36,127 bases of DNA from Chrysochromulina tobinii (lineage: Eukaryota): positions 1 through 36,127 of the forward strand of contig JWZX01002262.1 in assembly GCA_001275005.1 (NCBI GenBank), written 5' to 3'. Under the pieces are notes generated by a model that was not told where the DNA came from, ran no database searches, and saw only the letters and a list, made by a program, of their open reading frames with translations. The translations under genes and the position numbers were made by a program. Positions within the stretch are counted from its first letter, which is position 1, and each line of letters begins with the position of its first letter. Below are positions 1 through 11,257 of this stretch, piece after piece.

Positions 1-56
1 ACGCCGCCGCCGCCGCCGCCGCCGTCGCCGCCGCCGCCGCCACCGCCACCGCCGCC

Positions 57-88
<32 letters not shown>

Positions 89-860
89 TGCTGCTGCTTG
101 CACCCATGGTGCCGAAGCAGCATGGTACCCGGGGAGCATCAATGCCTCCTTGTGCCCTCGACGTGGATGGCCACGGTCGCTCGTCGGCGTCGCCGTCGTC
201 ATCATCGCGCAGCCGCTTGACGCGCGCAGCTGCAAAGGCGCGCTGCGCCTCTAGCTCATCTTGACGCCCGAGCTCACTCTCGGCTGCGAGCGCTTTCTCC
301 TCGAGCGCCTTCTGCCGGCGATCGAGGACTTCGTCTATGCCCAGGGCCGCTGAGCGCGCGTTCTGCGTGCGGATCTCATCGAGCGCGTCGAGGATGTCCA
401 TCGCGCGCTTCGATTCCTCCGTCTTGTTCTCGAGCTTCTTCATCGCATCATACTGCTCCTGGTCAGCGCGCTCCGTGGCGATTTCCGCCTTCTGCTTCGC
501 CTCCTCCTTGTACAGCTCGTAGTTGGCCTTGGCGCCCGCCTCGACGACGTAGTCTGAGTTCTTTGGGTCCGTGCGCACGGTGAACTCGGCCGAGCAAGTG
601 ACGCACTTGAAGTAGAAGCGGATGATCTGGATGCCGAGGTACACGCCCTCGGGCCCGTCGACGTTTTCCTTGCGCGAGTTAAATTTCTTGCCCTTATACA
701 TGTACTCGCCGCACGTGAGGCAGCGCACGGACATGGGCAGCATCATGCGCACAACGAACCTCTCCTTGAGCTTCTGCTGCCGCTCGCGGTCGGGCCGCGG
801 GATCTTGGTGTGGTCAAAGTCGGGCGGAAAGTACTTGTTGATGACCTTCCGCTCGCCCAT
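1..860 (-). CDS. YJU2: Splicing factor YJU2/CCDC94 (Cwc16 family); 3' end runs off the window
   Basis: Not in the ORF track because the stop lies outside the window. Manual translation from ATG at 860 gives MGERKVINKYFPPDFDHTKIPR...VVRMMLPMSVRCLTCGEYMYKGKKFNSRKE...YLGIQIIRFYFKCVTCSAEFTVRTDPKNSDY, the Yju2 N-terminal zinc domain, followed by a coiled coil and poly-Gly. Confidence 0.93.
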
Positions 861-1052
861 GTTGATCCGTGCGAGCGAGAGTGCGAGAGCGGGGTGGAGA
901 CGAGCCGCGTGAATGGGAATGCCTCGCGCACCACCGGTGCCGAGTGAAGACTAGTGTGTGAAGCTTTGTCGATTTGAATCTTTTCACGGCACAATTGAAT
1001 TGGCTCAGAAAGGTCGAGAAAGCGTTCCCCACACCTCCCTGCGCTGCCGCCC

Positions 1053-1767
1053 ATGCCACCGCCGCCGCCGCCAGCCTCAGTGCTTCAGCCTTCAGGCAAT
1101 ATCCCGCAGCTGCCAGCCCTTGCACCGTCGATGCAGCGTGTTGCCTCATCCTCGGCCATCGACGGAGCGCTCAAGCGTGCGCCGCCGACAGTGCACAGCT
1201 GGTCATCGTGCCCAGCCGCCGCCTTCAAGGTCCGATGCGGGCCAAACTACAAGGCGAACGGCAAGAAGGCGCCATCAGCAGGTGCGCTTTACGAGGTGAG
1301 CGCGGTTGACGTCTACCGGAGCCAAATGAAGCTCGCGCACGTAGGTCGGGTGACCGCGCTGCCAGAGGAGCCCGAGCCGCTGCCGCCCGAAGCAGGCCTG
1401 CCGACGCACGTGATCATCAATTTCATGGTGCCCAACTACGCTCCGGGTGGGCTGCTCGGCTCCAAGAAGACCAACGGCCCCGGATGGAACCTAGTGCTCT
1501 ACTGCCGTCCGTCGGAGACGCTGCGTGCCCTCTTTCGACGCGAGGGCAGCAGCATGCCGCCGCCGCCGTCGGTGGATCTGTTGCGACGGTACATGCATCC
1601 GTCGGAGGGTGTGCTGCTGCGAGGTACGCGCCTCAAATGCATCTTTGGAGTCGTCGACTTGGAAGGGCCTGCGTTTGGCATGGTGATGAAGCAGATGATC
1701 AAGAGCTACAACTTCAAGCCGTTCCTCTCGAAGACGGCGTCCTTTTGCTACTGGGAGCAGGTGCGCT

Positions 1768-1811
<44 letters not shown>

Positions 1812-2359
1812 AGCCGCCGCCGCCGCCGCCGCTCAAGCGCAACGCCTTCTGCATGACAACTCCCAGCCGTGTGCGTGTGCGAGCTCTGACACGTGCGTGC
1901 CGCGTTCTCACTGGTCCCGGCTGGCTCGCTGGCTGGCCGTTCCTTTGGGTGCAGGGCTACTTTGAGATCGATGTCGACATTCACACTTGGTCGAGTGCCA
2001 CGCTCTCCGCCTTCCACACGCTCGTCGAGAAGATTCCACTGATGCTGCTGCGAGGTGGAGTGGTCATCGAGGCCGACGGAGATGCCGAGATGCCCGAGCA
2101 GCTGCTCGCGTGTGTCGTGCTGGCGCGAATCGACCCCAAACGAGCGCCCCCCTTTCCGCCCGAGCTCGTAAGCTACCTGGCCGATGACGCTAACCAGCGG
2201 GACCCTTTGCCACGCGCCAGTCGCGTGCGGGCGGGCCAGGCAGGCGACCTCATCGCTTCGGATCCCGCCAGCGACATTTGCAGCGCTACCCCTCCGGTCT
2301 CGGACGCCGAGGACGCCGACGACCTGCCCCCGTCGCGCTCTGCGATACCCACGAGCTAA
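1053..2359 (+). CDS. EDR2 C-terminal (DUF1336)-like domain protein, about 370 aa, 2 exons
   Basis: Exons 1053-1760 and 1955-2359, joined by a phase-0 GT..AG intron at 1761-1954 that contains a (GCC)n tract. Motifs FKVRCGPNYKANGKKAPS, IINFMVP, LVLY, RLKCI, GYFEIDVDIH and VVIEADGDAEMPEQLLACV match the EDR2-C pattern. Confidence 0.75.
1768..1831 (+). repeat. Intronic (GCC)n microsatellite
   Basis: About 20 GCC units directly after the splice donor; this explains the spurious poly-Arg, poly-Pro and poly-Gly ORF tails. Confidence 0.9.
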
Positions 2360-2859
2360 CGCACTGTGGCGTTTGGGCTGCATGCCTATAAATTGCTTAG
2401 GATCTACTGTACACGCGCGCACCACAGTTTCAAGATGGGCGGTAGTCTCTCGCGATACGTGATCGGCGCGGCGCCCCGGCATGCGCGGCCGCGGGGCGCG
2501 GGCCGAGGCCGCCGGCCCCGATCGCGTGGTTTCTGGTTACAGGGTAGAAATTAGATCGTGGTGTGTGTATGAGCTCTGTTCACTGTTAGTCAATCCTTAC
2601 TGTTTCGACTTTCGTTATATACCCTGGTTTATACATCTAGTAAAAAAGTCGGAACGTGACCCGTTATATCGGACTCGATATCGGACACGGTCGGGTGTCT
2701 CGTGGGCTGCAGCTGCGTGGAGCTGTACACCCGCGACCGAGCAGCCGTACGGTACGCTGTGGAGAACACTCCGCTCTGCGCACTGCGGGCCAGACCGCCA
2801 CAACTGCTCAACTGGACCTCAAGGGAAGCTCTTCTCTAGACTGACTTCGCGGACACGTT

Positions 2860-3034
2860 GCGGTCTGCCCGGCTGCATCGCGTCGACCTAGCTGGTATCA
2901 TCGCGCGAAACGACACGGATCCGTCGCGGTCTGCCCGGCTGCACCGCGTCGACCTCGCTGGTATCCTCGCGCGAAAGGACACGGACCCGTCGCGGTCTGC
3001 CCGGCTGAATCGCGTCGACCTCGCTGGTATCCTC
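2860..3034. repeat. 66-bp tandem repeat, about 2.6 copies, spanning the NIPA stop codon
   Basis: cggtctgcccggctg recurs at 2861, 2927 and 2993. Confidence 0.9.
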
Positions 3035-4468
3035 AAGATGATGAACACGTAATGTCCGCGTGATGGCCGGATAGATGGCTGCGCTTTTGAGCGGAAAGGC
3101 GAGCCCAGAAAACGGCACAAGCTTCGACTTGCGCAGCCCCGCTTTAGCAGGAGGAAATGAAGTGCCTTGGTCGCGGGAAGCATCGATTACGTCGCCAGTG
3201 CCGGCGCCAGAAGCTCGACGCTCGACGCTGCTCGCGCCGCGGCCCTCATCGGACGCGCCAACAGCCTCAATGCGGCCCACGTAGAGCAGTGCCACCCCTA
3301 GCATGGTCACGACGACAGAGAGGACGAAGAGGCCAACGCGGAGCACACAGAACCCTTGGAGCTCCTGGAAGAACACGGCACCACCGACGATCGAGCAGAT
3401 CGTAAACAGGGAGGCGAAGGTAGGGACCATCAGCTGTGCCTCGACGTATCGCAACCCCTTGAAGAGGCATACGAGCTGCCCCACCCCGCTGCAGATCACG
3501 CCCAGCACGATGGCCCACGAGACCGGCCTCAGATACACTGGGTCGCCGCGACCGAGGGCGGTTGCCAGCAGTGTGAACTGCTTCATCAGGAGTGGCGTCC
3601 AGCCCCCCACCACCGAAGCTGTCAGTGGGTACAAGACGGTGACCAGGCGCTGCTCGGCAAGCGAAAGGTAGTCGAGCGGCGATACCATTGGCTTCACAGC
3701 GGCCGGCGACGCCTCGCTGCCAGCGCCTAGCGAATCCGGCGCGACCTTTGCGCTGATGCCTGGCGGGCTTGGGGGCGGTGAAGGCACCGGCACCGGCACC
3801 ATCGCCTCGCGCTCGCGTGCGCGGAGCTTCGCGAAGGCTCGATTGATCTTGTTGTCGTAATACCAGAGCAGCGCAACCAGGCTGAGCGTCAAGCTACCGG
3901 CACCCGCTGCGTACGCGCGCATGATATCAGTCGACCACCGATTTTCTATCTCTTGGGCATTCCAGTCGACGGTCACCTTGGGGCCAAAGCTGACTATCAT
4001 CCCGACGCCGCCGATGATGACAACAATCGCCACGGGCGTCAGATGCCCGATGGGCTCATTATTCAGCCACCACCCGAAGATCATGTTTGCAAGCAGGGCG
4101 ACGGAGCCTGCGGGCTGCACCACCGACTGCGGTGCAAAGTTGAGAGCGACTGCGTCGCCAGCCTGCGACGTCAAGAAGAGGATCAGACCACCCACCCAGA
4201 GCGGGATGAAATACATTGGCCGCTGCTTGAGAAGAGGCCTCCTTCGCTCGCGGGTGAGCGCCAGTTTCTGCACGTTGGCTCCGAAGTTGGTCGAGGCCGA
4301 GGAGACCACGGAGATGATAATGCCGATGTAAAAGAGGCCGCCTACCTGGGTCTCATAGAGGCTATCTAGACAGAATTCTTCTGCCGCCATGGTGGCATTG
4401 GTGGAATCAGCCAAGTCTGACACGGTGGCGTTGGCCACTATGATGGTGCCCATCATGGTTGCGTTCAT
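2888..4468 (-). CDS. NIPA-like magnesium transporter (DMT superfamily), 526 aa
   Basis: Multiple hydrophobic helices; motifs GIIISVVSSASTNFGANVQK, PLWVGGLILF, ALNFAPQSVVQPAGSVALLANMIF..LNNEPI, LFKGLRYVEAQLMVP and IVGGAVFFQE are typical of the NIPA family. Confidence 0.85.
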   Translation of the reverse strand: MNATMMGTIIVANATVSDLADSTNATMAAEEFCLDSLYETQVGGLFYIGIIISVVSSASTNFGANVQKLALTRERRRPLLKQRPMYFIPLWVGGLILFLTSQAGDAVALNFAPQSVVQPAGSVALLANMIFGWWLNNEPIGHLTPVAIVVIIGGVGMIVSFGPKVTVDWNAQEIENRWSTDIMRAYAAGAGSLTLSLVALLWYYDNKINRAFAKLRAREREAMVPVPVPSPPPSPPGISAKVAPDSLGAGSEASPAAVKPMVSPLDYLSLAEQRLVTVLYPLTASVVGGWTPLLMKQFTLLATALGRGDPVYLRPVSWAIVLGVICSGVGQLVCLFKGLRYVEAQLMVPTFASLFTICSIVGGAVFFQELQGFCVLRVGLFVLSVVVTMLGVALLYVGRIEAVGASDEGRGASSVERRASGAGTGDVIDASRDQGTSFPPAKAGLRKSKLVPFSGLAFPLKSAAIYPAITRTLRVHHLEDTSEVDAIQPGRPRRVRVLSREDTSEVDAVQPGRPRRIRVVSRDDTS

Positions 4469-4683
4469 TGTGATGGGAACGTCTTCTGGTACACAAAACA
4501 GGTGTCCTCGCGGCCGGCGGCGATTCCGTTTGTGGCTGGTTCAACTGGGTGTGGAGATGTCTACTAGCAATCGATGTCATCAGGAAAAATTCGTCATTGC
4601 ATAACACACGAGTTTAAGAAAATCTGGCCCTTTATGATCGTTTGCTGAACGCGTCTGAAAAACGTGGGTTGCGTTTGGGAAGC

Positions 4684-4691
4684 TACCGGTA
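4684..4691. promoter_or_regulatory. Candidate promoter palindrome TACCGGTA (also at 23058, 25050 and 29534)
   Basis: Four exact copies seen, each intergenic and about 65-135 bp upstream of a modelled ATG. Function is inferred. Confidence 0.4.
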
Positions 4692-4799
4692 TCCATATAT
4701 ATTGACACGTCAGGCCCCCTCACGATTTTCGTGATCCCCCGCCCGAGTCGAGCCTAGCCCAACCCGCCGTTTTCGAACAAGCTGTCCTCTGCGCTTGCG

Positions 4800-5441
4800 A
4801 TGCCAGTCGAGCTGGTAGCTACAGCTCGTGCGTTGCGGATCTCAAAGGAAGAGTTTGAGAAAGAGAAGCTTTTGGCCCGGCAGCACAACATGACGATCTA
4901 TGATAGAAAGGAGGCTTTTGGAGCCGTGAACTGGACACCATGGCGCGAGATCAACTTACTGATCATGATGCTCTCATTCATCGTGATCATTTGCGTTGGA
5001 GCATGTATCTCTCGTTGGCTTGAGAGGCGCCAGGATCGCTTGCGAGGCGCAAGATCAACGCGACTCTCCACAAATGACGACGACGAAGAAGGACCTGCTT
5101 CTGATGCCCCCGGCCTGAAGCCCGTCGCCGAAGCGGGCTCGGAGTCGCGCGAAACGCCCTCGGAGCCGCGCGCAGCTGGCATGGAAAACGTGCGGCGGGA
5201 GCTGGAGAAGCTGCGGCTCGGTCAGTATGCGGAAGCCTTCGAAAGAGAAGGCTACGACTACTGGCTTGAGATCCTAAAACTGCCGAAGAAACGCTTCGTC
5301 CGTCTTGTCTTCAAGACGAGTATGACGGCCAACCACGCCGATCGGCTGTATGAACAGCTCGCAATCCAGCGCAAGGCCATGGGCATTCGGGGAGAAAGGG
5401 ACCCAGATGGTGACGACCTGGAATCATGCGTCATCCTATGA
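4800..5441 (+). CDS. Single-pass membrane protein with SAM-like domain and C-terminal CaaX (CVIL), 213 aa
   Basis: TM segment LLIMMLSFIVIICVGACI; SAM-like VRRELEKLRLGQYAEAFEREGYDYWLEILKL...MTANHADRLYEQL; ends ESCVIL*. Confidence 0.7.
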   Translation: MPVELVATARALRISKEEFEKEKLLARQHNMTIYDRKEAFGAVNWTPWREINLLIMMLSFIVIICVGACISRWLERRQDRLRGARSTRLSTNDDDEEGPASDAPGLKPVAEAGSESRETPSEPRAAGMENVRRELEKLRLGQYAEAFEREGYDYWLEILKLPKKRFVRLVFKTSMTANHADRLYEQLAIQRKAMGIRGERDPDGDDLESCVIL

Positions 5442-6054
5442 GCGGCTGCAACGGTCGACGGATGACCCTCAGAAGACTCGTTCTCACTGGAGGATGGGTG
5501 TGTACTACTGCCTCCCGACTGTGCTAGTGCGATGCTCGCCGCTCGCGTGCAAACGTAAACAGAAACCCCGCGGTCGGGGCGAGCGGTCTCAGGTGTAGAC
5601 AAAACGCGGACAGTATGACGTCTTCATCAGTGGCACCATGGCTTCATATCGCACATGGACCCTTTTCGCTTTTGTCGGCGGACGGGCGCCGGCGCCTCGC
5701 CAGTTGAACTGCGCCGTTATTTCATATTTGAAGCTTAAAGATTTACGATTCCTTTGTTAAATTTTGTGTGAACCAAGGAGGTGTGCACTGAGTGTGCAGG
5801 AATCACAATCAGCGACCTGCGACCATGGCGCAAAATTCCATGGCGCTACAGTACTTGGCGGTGTGTGCGGTGTCCCGGACTCCAATGAAGTGCTAAGGTG
5901 AAAGGTCCTCCGTCAAAAAGAGAACGAAACTCTCTCGCCATAAAGACACAAAATTGCCCTCGATCAGGCACGAACTTTTCGACTCCCCCGCATCGGCTCA
6001 CACGAGCCGTTTCACACCGCGGAAAAGAGTGCTGGGACGGCTTGAACACACAAG

Positions 6055-8713
6055 ATGCCGTCGACCGACGTGATGCCGCTCGTCCCATCACAGGCACAGA
6101 AGCAACAGCACAAAGCTTTTCAAATTCAGATCCACGATCTCGAGGATCAGAATGCCGCCCTCGAGGCGCGCGCCGCTGCGGCGGAGCTCAGGGTCACCGA
6201 GCTCGAGGTCCAGCGGGACGAGATGGAACGGGAGTATCAGATGAAGTCCGAGGCGGCGTACAAGGAGCGCGCGGCGCGCGAGGCGCAACTGAAGGAGGCG
6301 GCTGCACAGAACGACATTGAATGGCAGCACATGATGGAGAAGGAGCAACGCGAACGGGCGGTCATCGAGGAGATGCGAAGCTCGCTGGCAGTGCGTGTGG
6401 AGGAACTGAAGGCGTCGACTTCGAAGCTGCAGGAGCAGTACGAGGCCGAGGCGAGTCAGCGCATACTGCTGCTCGACAAGCTCAGCGAGACTGAATCGAA
6501 GCTGGCGACGGCACTCGCGGACAAGCGCGGGCTCGAGAACATCTCGGAACGGAGCGAAAGGCAGTGGAAAGAGATGCTCGACGTGCAAGTGCAGGGACTC
6601 ACGCACGAGCGCTCGGCCCTCGAGGCGCGCCTCGAGGCGACCGAGAGCAAGCTGGCGAAGGCTGTCGAGCAACGAGACGCAGAGGCCGCGAGCGTCATCT
6701 CGTTGCGCGAGCGGCTGGCGGCGGCGCAGGCCGAAGGCGTGTCGCTCCACGATCGACTACGGCAGGCCGAGGCGCTCTTGTTGGAAGCACGTGAGGCGGC
6801 GGCCTCGGAGCGCGCCAAGTTGGACGAGAAGCTAGCCGCGGCCGTCGCGGCGCGTGAGGACGCCGACAAGCGGCGCGAGGCCGCTCTCACCGAGCTGGTG
6901 ACGCTCCAAGCGCAGGTCGTCAGCCTCAGCTCCGACCGGTCGAGTGCGCTCGCGGCGCAGGTGAGTCTCGTCAATGAGTCTCGTCGATGAGCCTCTGATC
7001 GAATGCGATTGCTTCTGATGGCCTCCGACCGGTCGCGCGCGCTCGAGACGCGCAGGTGCAGCTTGAGGCGCGCGTGCGCGAGGAGACGACGGCGGCAGCG
7101 CAGCGGCTCACGGCGGCCGTCGCGCACGAGCAGGCGCATACGGAGGAAGCGCGGCGGCTGCGCGAGCACGCGGTCGAGCAGGCGAATAGCTTGCGGCTCG
7201 AGCTGCAGCAGGCGTTACAGAAGCTCGCGGCCGCCGATCATGCCTCCTCCGAGCGGCTGCAGCGGCTGCAGGTGGATGTGGCGAGCCTTGAGGCTCGGCG
7301 CACGACGCTCGAATCCCAGCTGGACAAGGTGACATCCGAGCGTGCCACCGCCCTCGACGAGAAGCGCGTGCTGGAGGGCCACCTTGCGACCGCCACAGCC
7401 GACAAGCGTGCTTTGGAAGAGCTTGTGAGGCGGATGGAAGCGTTCAGCACGGCGCAGCTCGAGGGAGCTAAGGAGGTGCAGCAGTCGCTGCGGACGAGGC
7501 TGGAGGCCGCGGCCGCGGAGCGCCTGGCGCTGCTTCAGCAGCAGGAAGCCGCCGCCACCGGCTGGCGTCGCGCACAGGAGCATCTGGCGGCCGTCACCGC
7601 GGAGAAGCGCGCCGCTGACGCGATGTGCGCAAAGCTCGAGGAGCTTGTCACCATGTGGCAGGCGCGCTGCGAACGCATGGAGGTGGCCGCTCGCAAGGCA
7701 GAGGCGTGGGGCCGACTCGATCACCGCCACAGGGACGAGATGGCCACGGTGGTCTCGGGCCCACTGCCCACGGCGGCGCGTTCGGCGCCTGCTAGTCCCC
7801 CTCCTATGTTTTGGGCGAGCACACCACTACCACCGCCGAGCGTGTTGCGTTCGCCCGTGCCGGACGCGCTCGCCCGCGCGGTCCACTTGCGTGTGGCAGG
7901 CACCGCCTCGCCGTCACTGGCTGGTGGCTCGCGCGCGCCGAGCACGATCGACGATCGAGATCGAGATCGAGATCGATCGACGATCGACGATCGCGAGCGC
8001 CATGCATTGGCGGAGGCGGTGGCAGCGGAGCGGGTGCGCCCACAGGAGTTCGTGGAGCTCTGATGAGTTCTGATGAGCCCTGATGAGCCCTAATGACCAC
8101 TGATTGCCTCCACCATCAGGTGCGCCAGCAGGAGTTCGTGGAGCACACGCTGACGCAGCAGCAGACGGCCGCGTGCGCCCACCAACGCCAACTCGCCGAG
8201 CAGCTGAACCGAATCGATGCGCAGCGGGCAGTGCACGAGTGCGCACTTGCCGAGCAGACCGATCAGATTCTGCAACGAGAGAGGGCCGCCTTGATGACTG
8301 GAGCCGCTGGTGCGTTGGCGGCGGCGGCAGCGCAGCGAGAAGCGGACGCGGCCGAAGCATCGGTCCGGACGGCCGCCAGAGCGGCCCTTGCCAGTATGGA
8401 CCTGAACAATGTGCTGAAGATCGTCTCGCAAGCAGAGGCGGATGCGGAGGCTGCGGCCTGGGCGGGCACACCGAGCACGGTGTCTGCCGCACCTCAGCCC
8501 GCGGCGCCTCTTCAGACCGCGATTCCAGGGTGGGGTTCGTCACTTAGGCCGACAGAGGCCGCGCCACCGCCTGAAGCTTCTCGGGCTGTGGAAGCATCCC
8601 GAGCTGCATCCGCTTCCGCTGACGTGGCCACGTTGCTCGAGAGGCAGCAGCTCTTGCGTGAAGCGAGCAGCACTGCGCTCCAGGCGAGCACGTCCTGTGG
8701 CCAAGTACCATAA
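6055..8713 (+). CDS. Long coiled-coil protein, about 825 aa, 3 exons (5' end uncertain)
   Basis: Exons 6055-6960, 7056-8033 and 8120-8713. Phase-0 introns 6961-7055 (CAG|GTGAGT..CGCAG) and 8034-8119 (CGG|GTGCGC..ATCAG) join three E/A/R/L-rich heptad ORFs in frame. Confidence 0.7.
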
Positions 8714-9532
8714 TCTATGATTAGATACGGTCAATCGAATGATAGTGCTGGGAAGGAGCGGCGCGAGCCGGTTCAAACGGAAACTCAGAAGCGGACAGAC
8801 GAGATCAAGAAAAGCCGGTATCAGCGAGAATAGTCCTTAGTCGACGGTGGCGAGTCACGGAGTCAGACGTGATTGAGAAAGCGTAATACATAATATTGCG
8901 TCTTAACGGTGAACGAACGGAGACCAAAATGCAAAAATCATGTTATACAGACCGGCGCGCGCACTATAGGTCACAGCGCGCACTCAGCGCCGACGCCCGA
9001 TGCTGCATAGGGATATATAAACGCGCGCCCTGCCGCACAAGAGCGGAGGCGCGGGCAGCAGCAGCACGCGAGAGCAGCATGCGAGTTCATAGGTGTGACG
9101 ACGTGTGATATGGGGGTCCGCCTAGTCCGCGTGCCGGTGAGTGCCACCCCTAGTGAGGGGCGCAAGCTCTCGAAGCACGCAGACTCATGGCGCAACAAGG
9201 TTTGCGATCGCTCAACCGTTGCGATCGCCCAAGGAAGTGTGAGGAAAAGGAGAAGACGCCGGTAGCGAGCTCCGCTTCCGGGTGCCATCAAGATTCGTCA
9301 ATATTCGTCCAATCGTCAACAAGGCGGCGCTGGGCCGGGCAAAGGGGTTGTGGGGCGCTTCTGTCGAAAACAGAGGTCCCCGTCAAACATGGGAGCGAGG
9401 GGCCGTGGCGGCGGCGGGATACGCGTCCGTCAATTGAATGGGAGCGAGGGGCCGAGGCGGCGGCGAGAATCTCGGCGAGAATCTCGACGGGAAACTCGTC
9501 GGTCGGTGGACCCCTTCCCGCCAAAAAGGGGA

Positions 9533-10494
9533 TCAGAGGGCACAGATCTTGGGTGTGCCCGCGCCATTCTGAGCGGCGGGCTCGGAGCGCGCAAGCTTGA
9601 CCTCGAGCAGGGCCGCCTCCTTGGCTTTGATCGCCGCCTCCTTCGCGTCGCGTTCGAGCATGCAACGGAGCACGAGCGCTCGGATGAGTTCATGGCTCCG
9701 TTCGATCTCGAGCTCGAGATCACTCAGCCGTCGCGCCGCGCACTCTGGCAACGCATCCCACACGGCGCGCAGCTCGGAGTCTTCAGGCGCCGTCGTGGCG
9801 AGCCCCGCGGCGATCAGTCGGTCGAGTCCCTGGCGCCCCGCTCGCGCGCCCGAAGCCTCGAGCGAGTCGGCGCTCGCCACGGCGCCGCTACCCGCTCGCC
9901 AACGGTCATTCGAGTCGGCCGCCCCCTCGGCGCTCGCCACGGCGCCGCCGGGAGACCCTTTGGCGGCCGCCGCGCCCACTACAGCGCCCTTGGCGGTGGC
10001 GACCGCCCCCTCGGCGCTCGCCACGGCGCCGCCGGGAGGCCCTTTGGCGGCCGCCGCGCCCACTACAGCGCCCTTGGCGGTGGCGACCGGCCCCTTGGTG
10101 TGCACACTCGCCTTGCCCGGGTCGCGCCCATTCTCGCGAGCGCCGTCTCGAGCGGCGGGCGTCGCGTGGGCGCTGTAGTGGGCGTGGCCGCCTTCGAGAC
10201 TCGCGCCATCTGCCGCTGGACGTGGTCGGGTTTCGTCAATCGACGAAGCTGGACGTGGTCGGCCGTTGAGCTTCGCGTTCTCGGCGTCCTCTTCGTCGGC
10301 GCTGGCCTTGGGCGCCGTCATGGGCGCCCTGTGGCCTAGCTTCCCGCTCGCCGCCGCACCGCCGCCGCCGCTGCACGCGCACACGCCGCCGCCGCCGCTG
10401 CCGCCGCCGCGGCCGCCGCTGCCGCCGCCGCCACTGAGCGAGGACTCTGCCACTCCAGCGCCCACTACAGCGCCCGCGCCGCCCTCCGCCTTGC

Positions 10495-10525
<31 letters not shown>

Positions 10526-11257
10526 CACAGTGGCGCCCGCGCCCTGCGCCTTCTTCTTCTCCTTTTGCTTCTCCTTTTTGGCGCGCTTCTTCGCCTTCGC
10601 CTTTTCTCGCCGTCGTGCCTCCTCCTCCTCCTCCTTCACGAGCTCGTCCGCCAGCTTCCTGCGGTGCGCCTCGGCCGCCTTCTTCTGCTCGCTCAGGTTC
10701 TCCAGGCGCGCTGTGCCGGGCGGCTCGAGCGAGCTCCCGCTCAGCGCAGGGTCCTCGTCCGCCTGCCGCGGCACGCTCGGCCGCAGCGCTGCGGCCGGCG
10801 GCTTCAGAGATAATTGGGTATTTGGCGGCTGCGCGCCCAGCAGGAAAGTGGAGAGCTCGGAAGCTTGCTCCTGCACCATCTCGAAGGCGATCGTCTCGCC
10901 GCCCGTCAGATGCGCCATCTCAAGTGTGTGCTTCTCCTCGGTGATCAGCTCGAAGGTGTTGATGAATGTGTTCAGGTCCATCGTCGACGGCAGGTTGGGA
11001 CTCGCGCCAAGGGAGGAGCACCACATGCGCACCTTGTGCGGCGGCGCGGGGTACGAGCACGAGTGCTTTACCATGCGGAACGTCGTATGCCGCCGGTCAA
11101 ACGTAAAATACTGCTGCTCATCAAAGTCGAGGAGTGGCAAGGTCCCCTCTTCCTCCGCCTTCTGTTGCTTGAGCCACGCCACCTTGATGGGCGTCTCCTC
11201 GATCTTGTCGGGATCTGCGTGCAACGACATCTTGGGATCCGAGGTGTCTAGCGACAT
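9533..11257 (-). CDS. Unknown protein, 574 aa: possible ubiquitin-like N-terminal domain, K/E-rich helix, Gly/Ala low-complexity region, C-terminal coiled coil
   Basis: Long ATG-started ORF. FTFDRRHTTFRMVK...VRMW...HTLEMAHLTGGETIAFE loosely resembles USP-type UBL domains; also KLADELVKEEEEEARRREKAKAKKRAKKEK. Confidence 0.65.
9919..10089. repeat. 84-bp (28-aa) near-perfect coding tandem duplication
   Basis: ccgccccctcggcgctcgccacgg at 9919 and 10003; encodes GAVATAKGAVVGAAAAKG(P/S)PGGAVASAE twice. Confidence 0.9.

Noticed and set aside
2450..2720. GC-rich hairpin and downstream CTAG as a Helitron end
   Set aside because: The hairpin is imperfect, about 100 bp from the CTAG, and no 5' end is identifiable.
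7944..7995. GATC-rich self-complementary tract
   Set aside because: It is explained by (GATCGA)n slippage and a short duplication within the coding exon (STIDDRDRDRDRSTIDDR).
9533..9550. C-terminal KICAL as a CaaX motif
   Set aside because: The Cys is third from the end, not fourth.
9288..9665. F-box-like DEFPVEILAEILAAAS in a minus-strand ORF
   Set aside because: It is produced by 12-bp tandem repeats, overlaps the upstream gene's end in another frame, and the rest of an F-box is missing.
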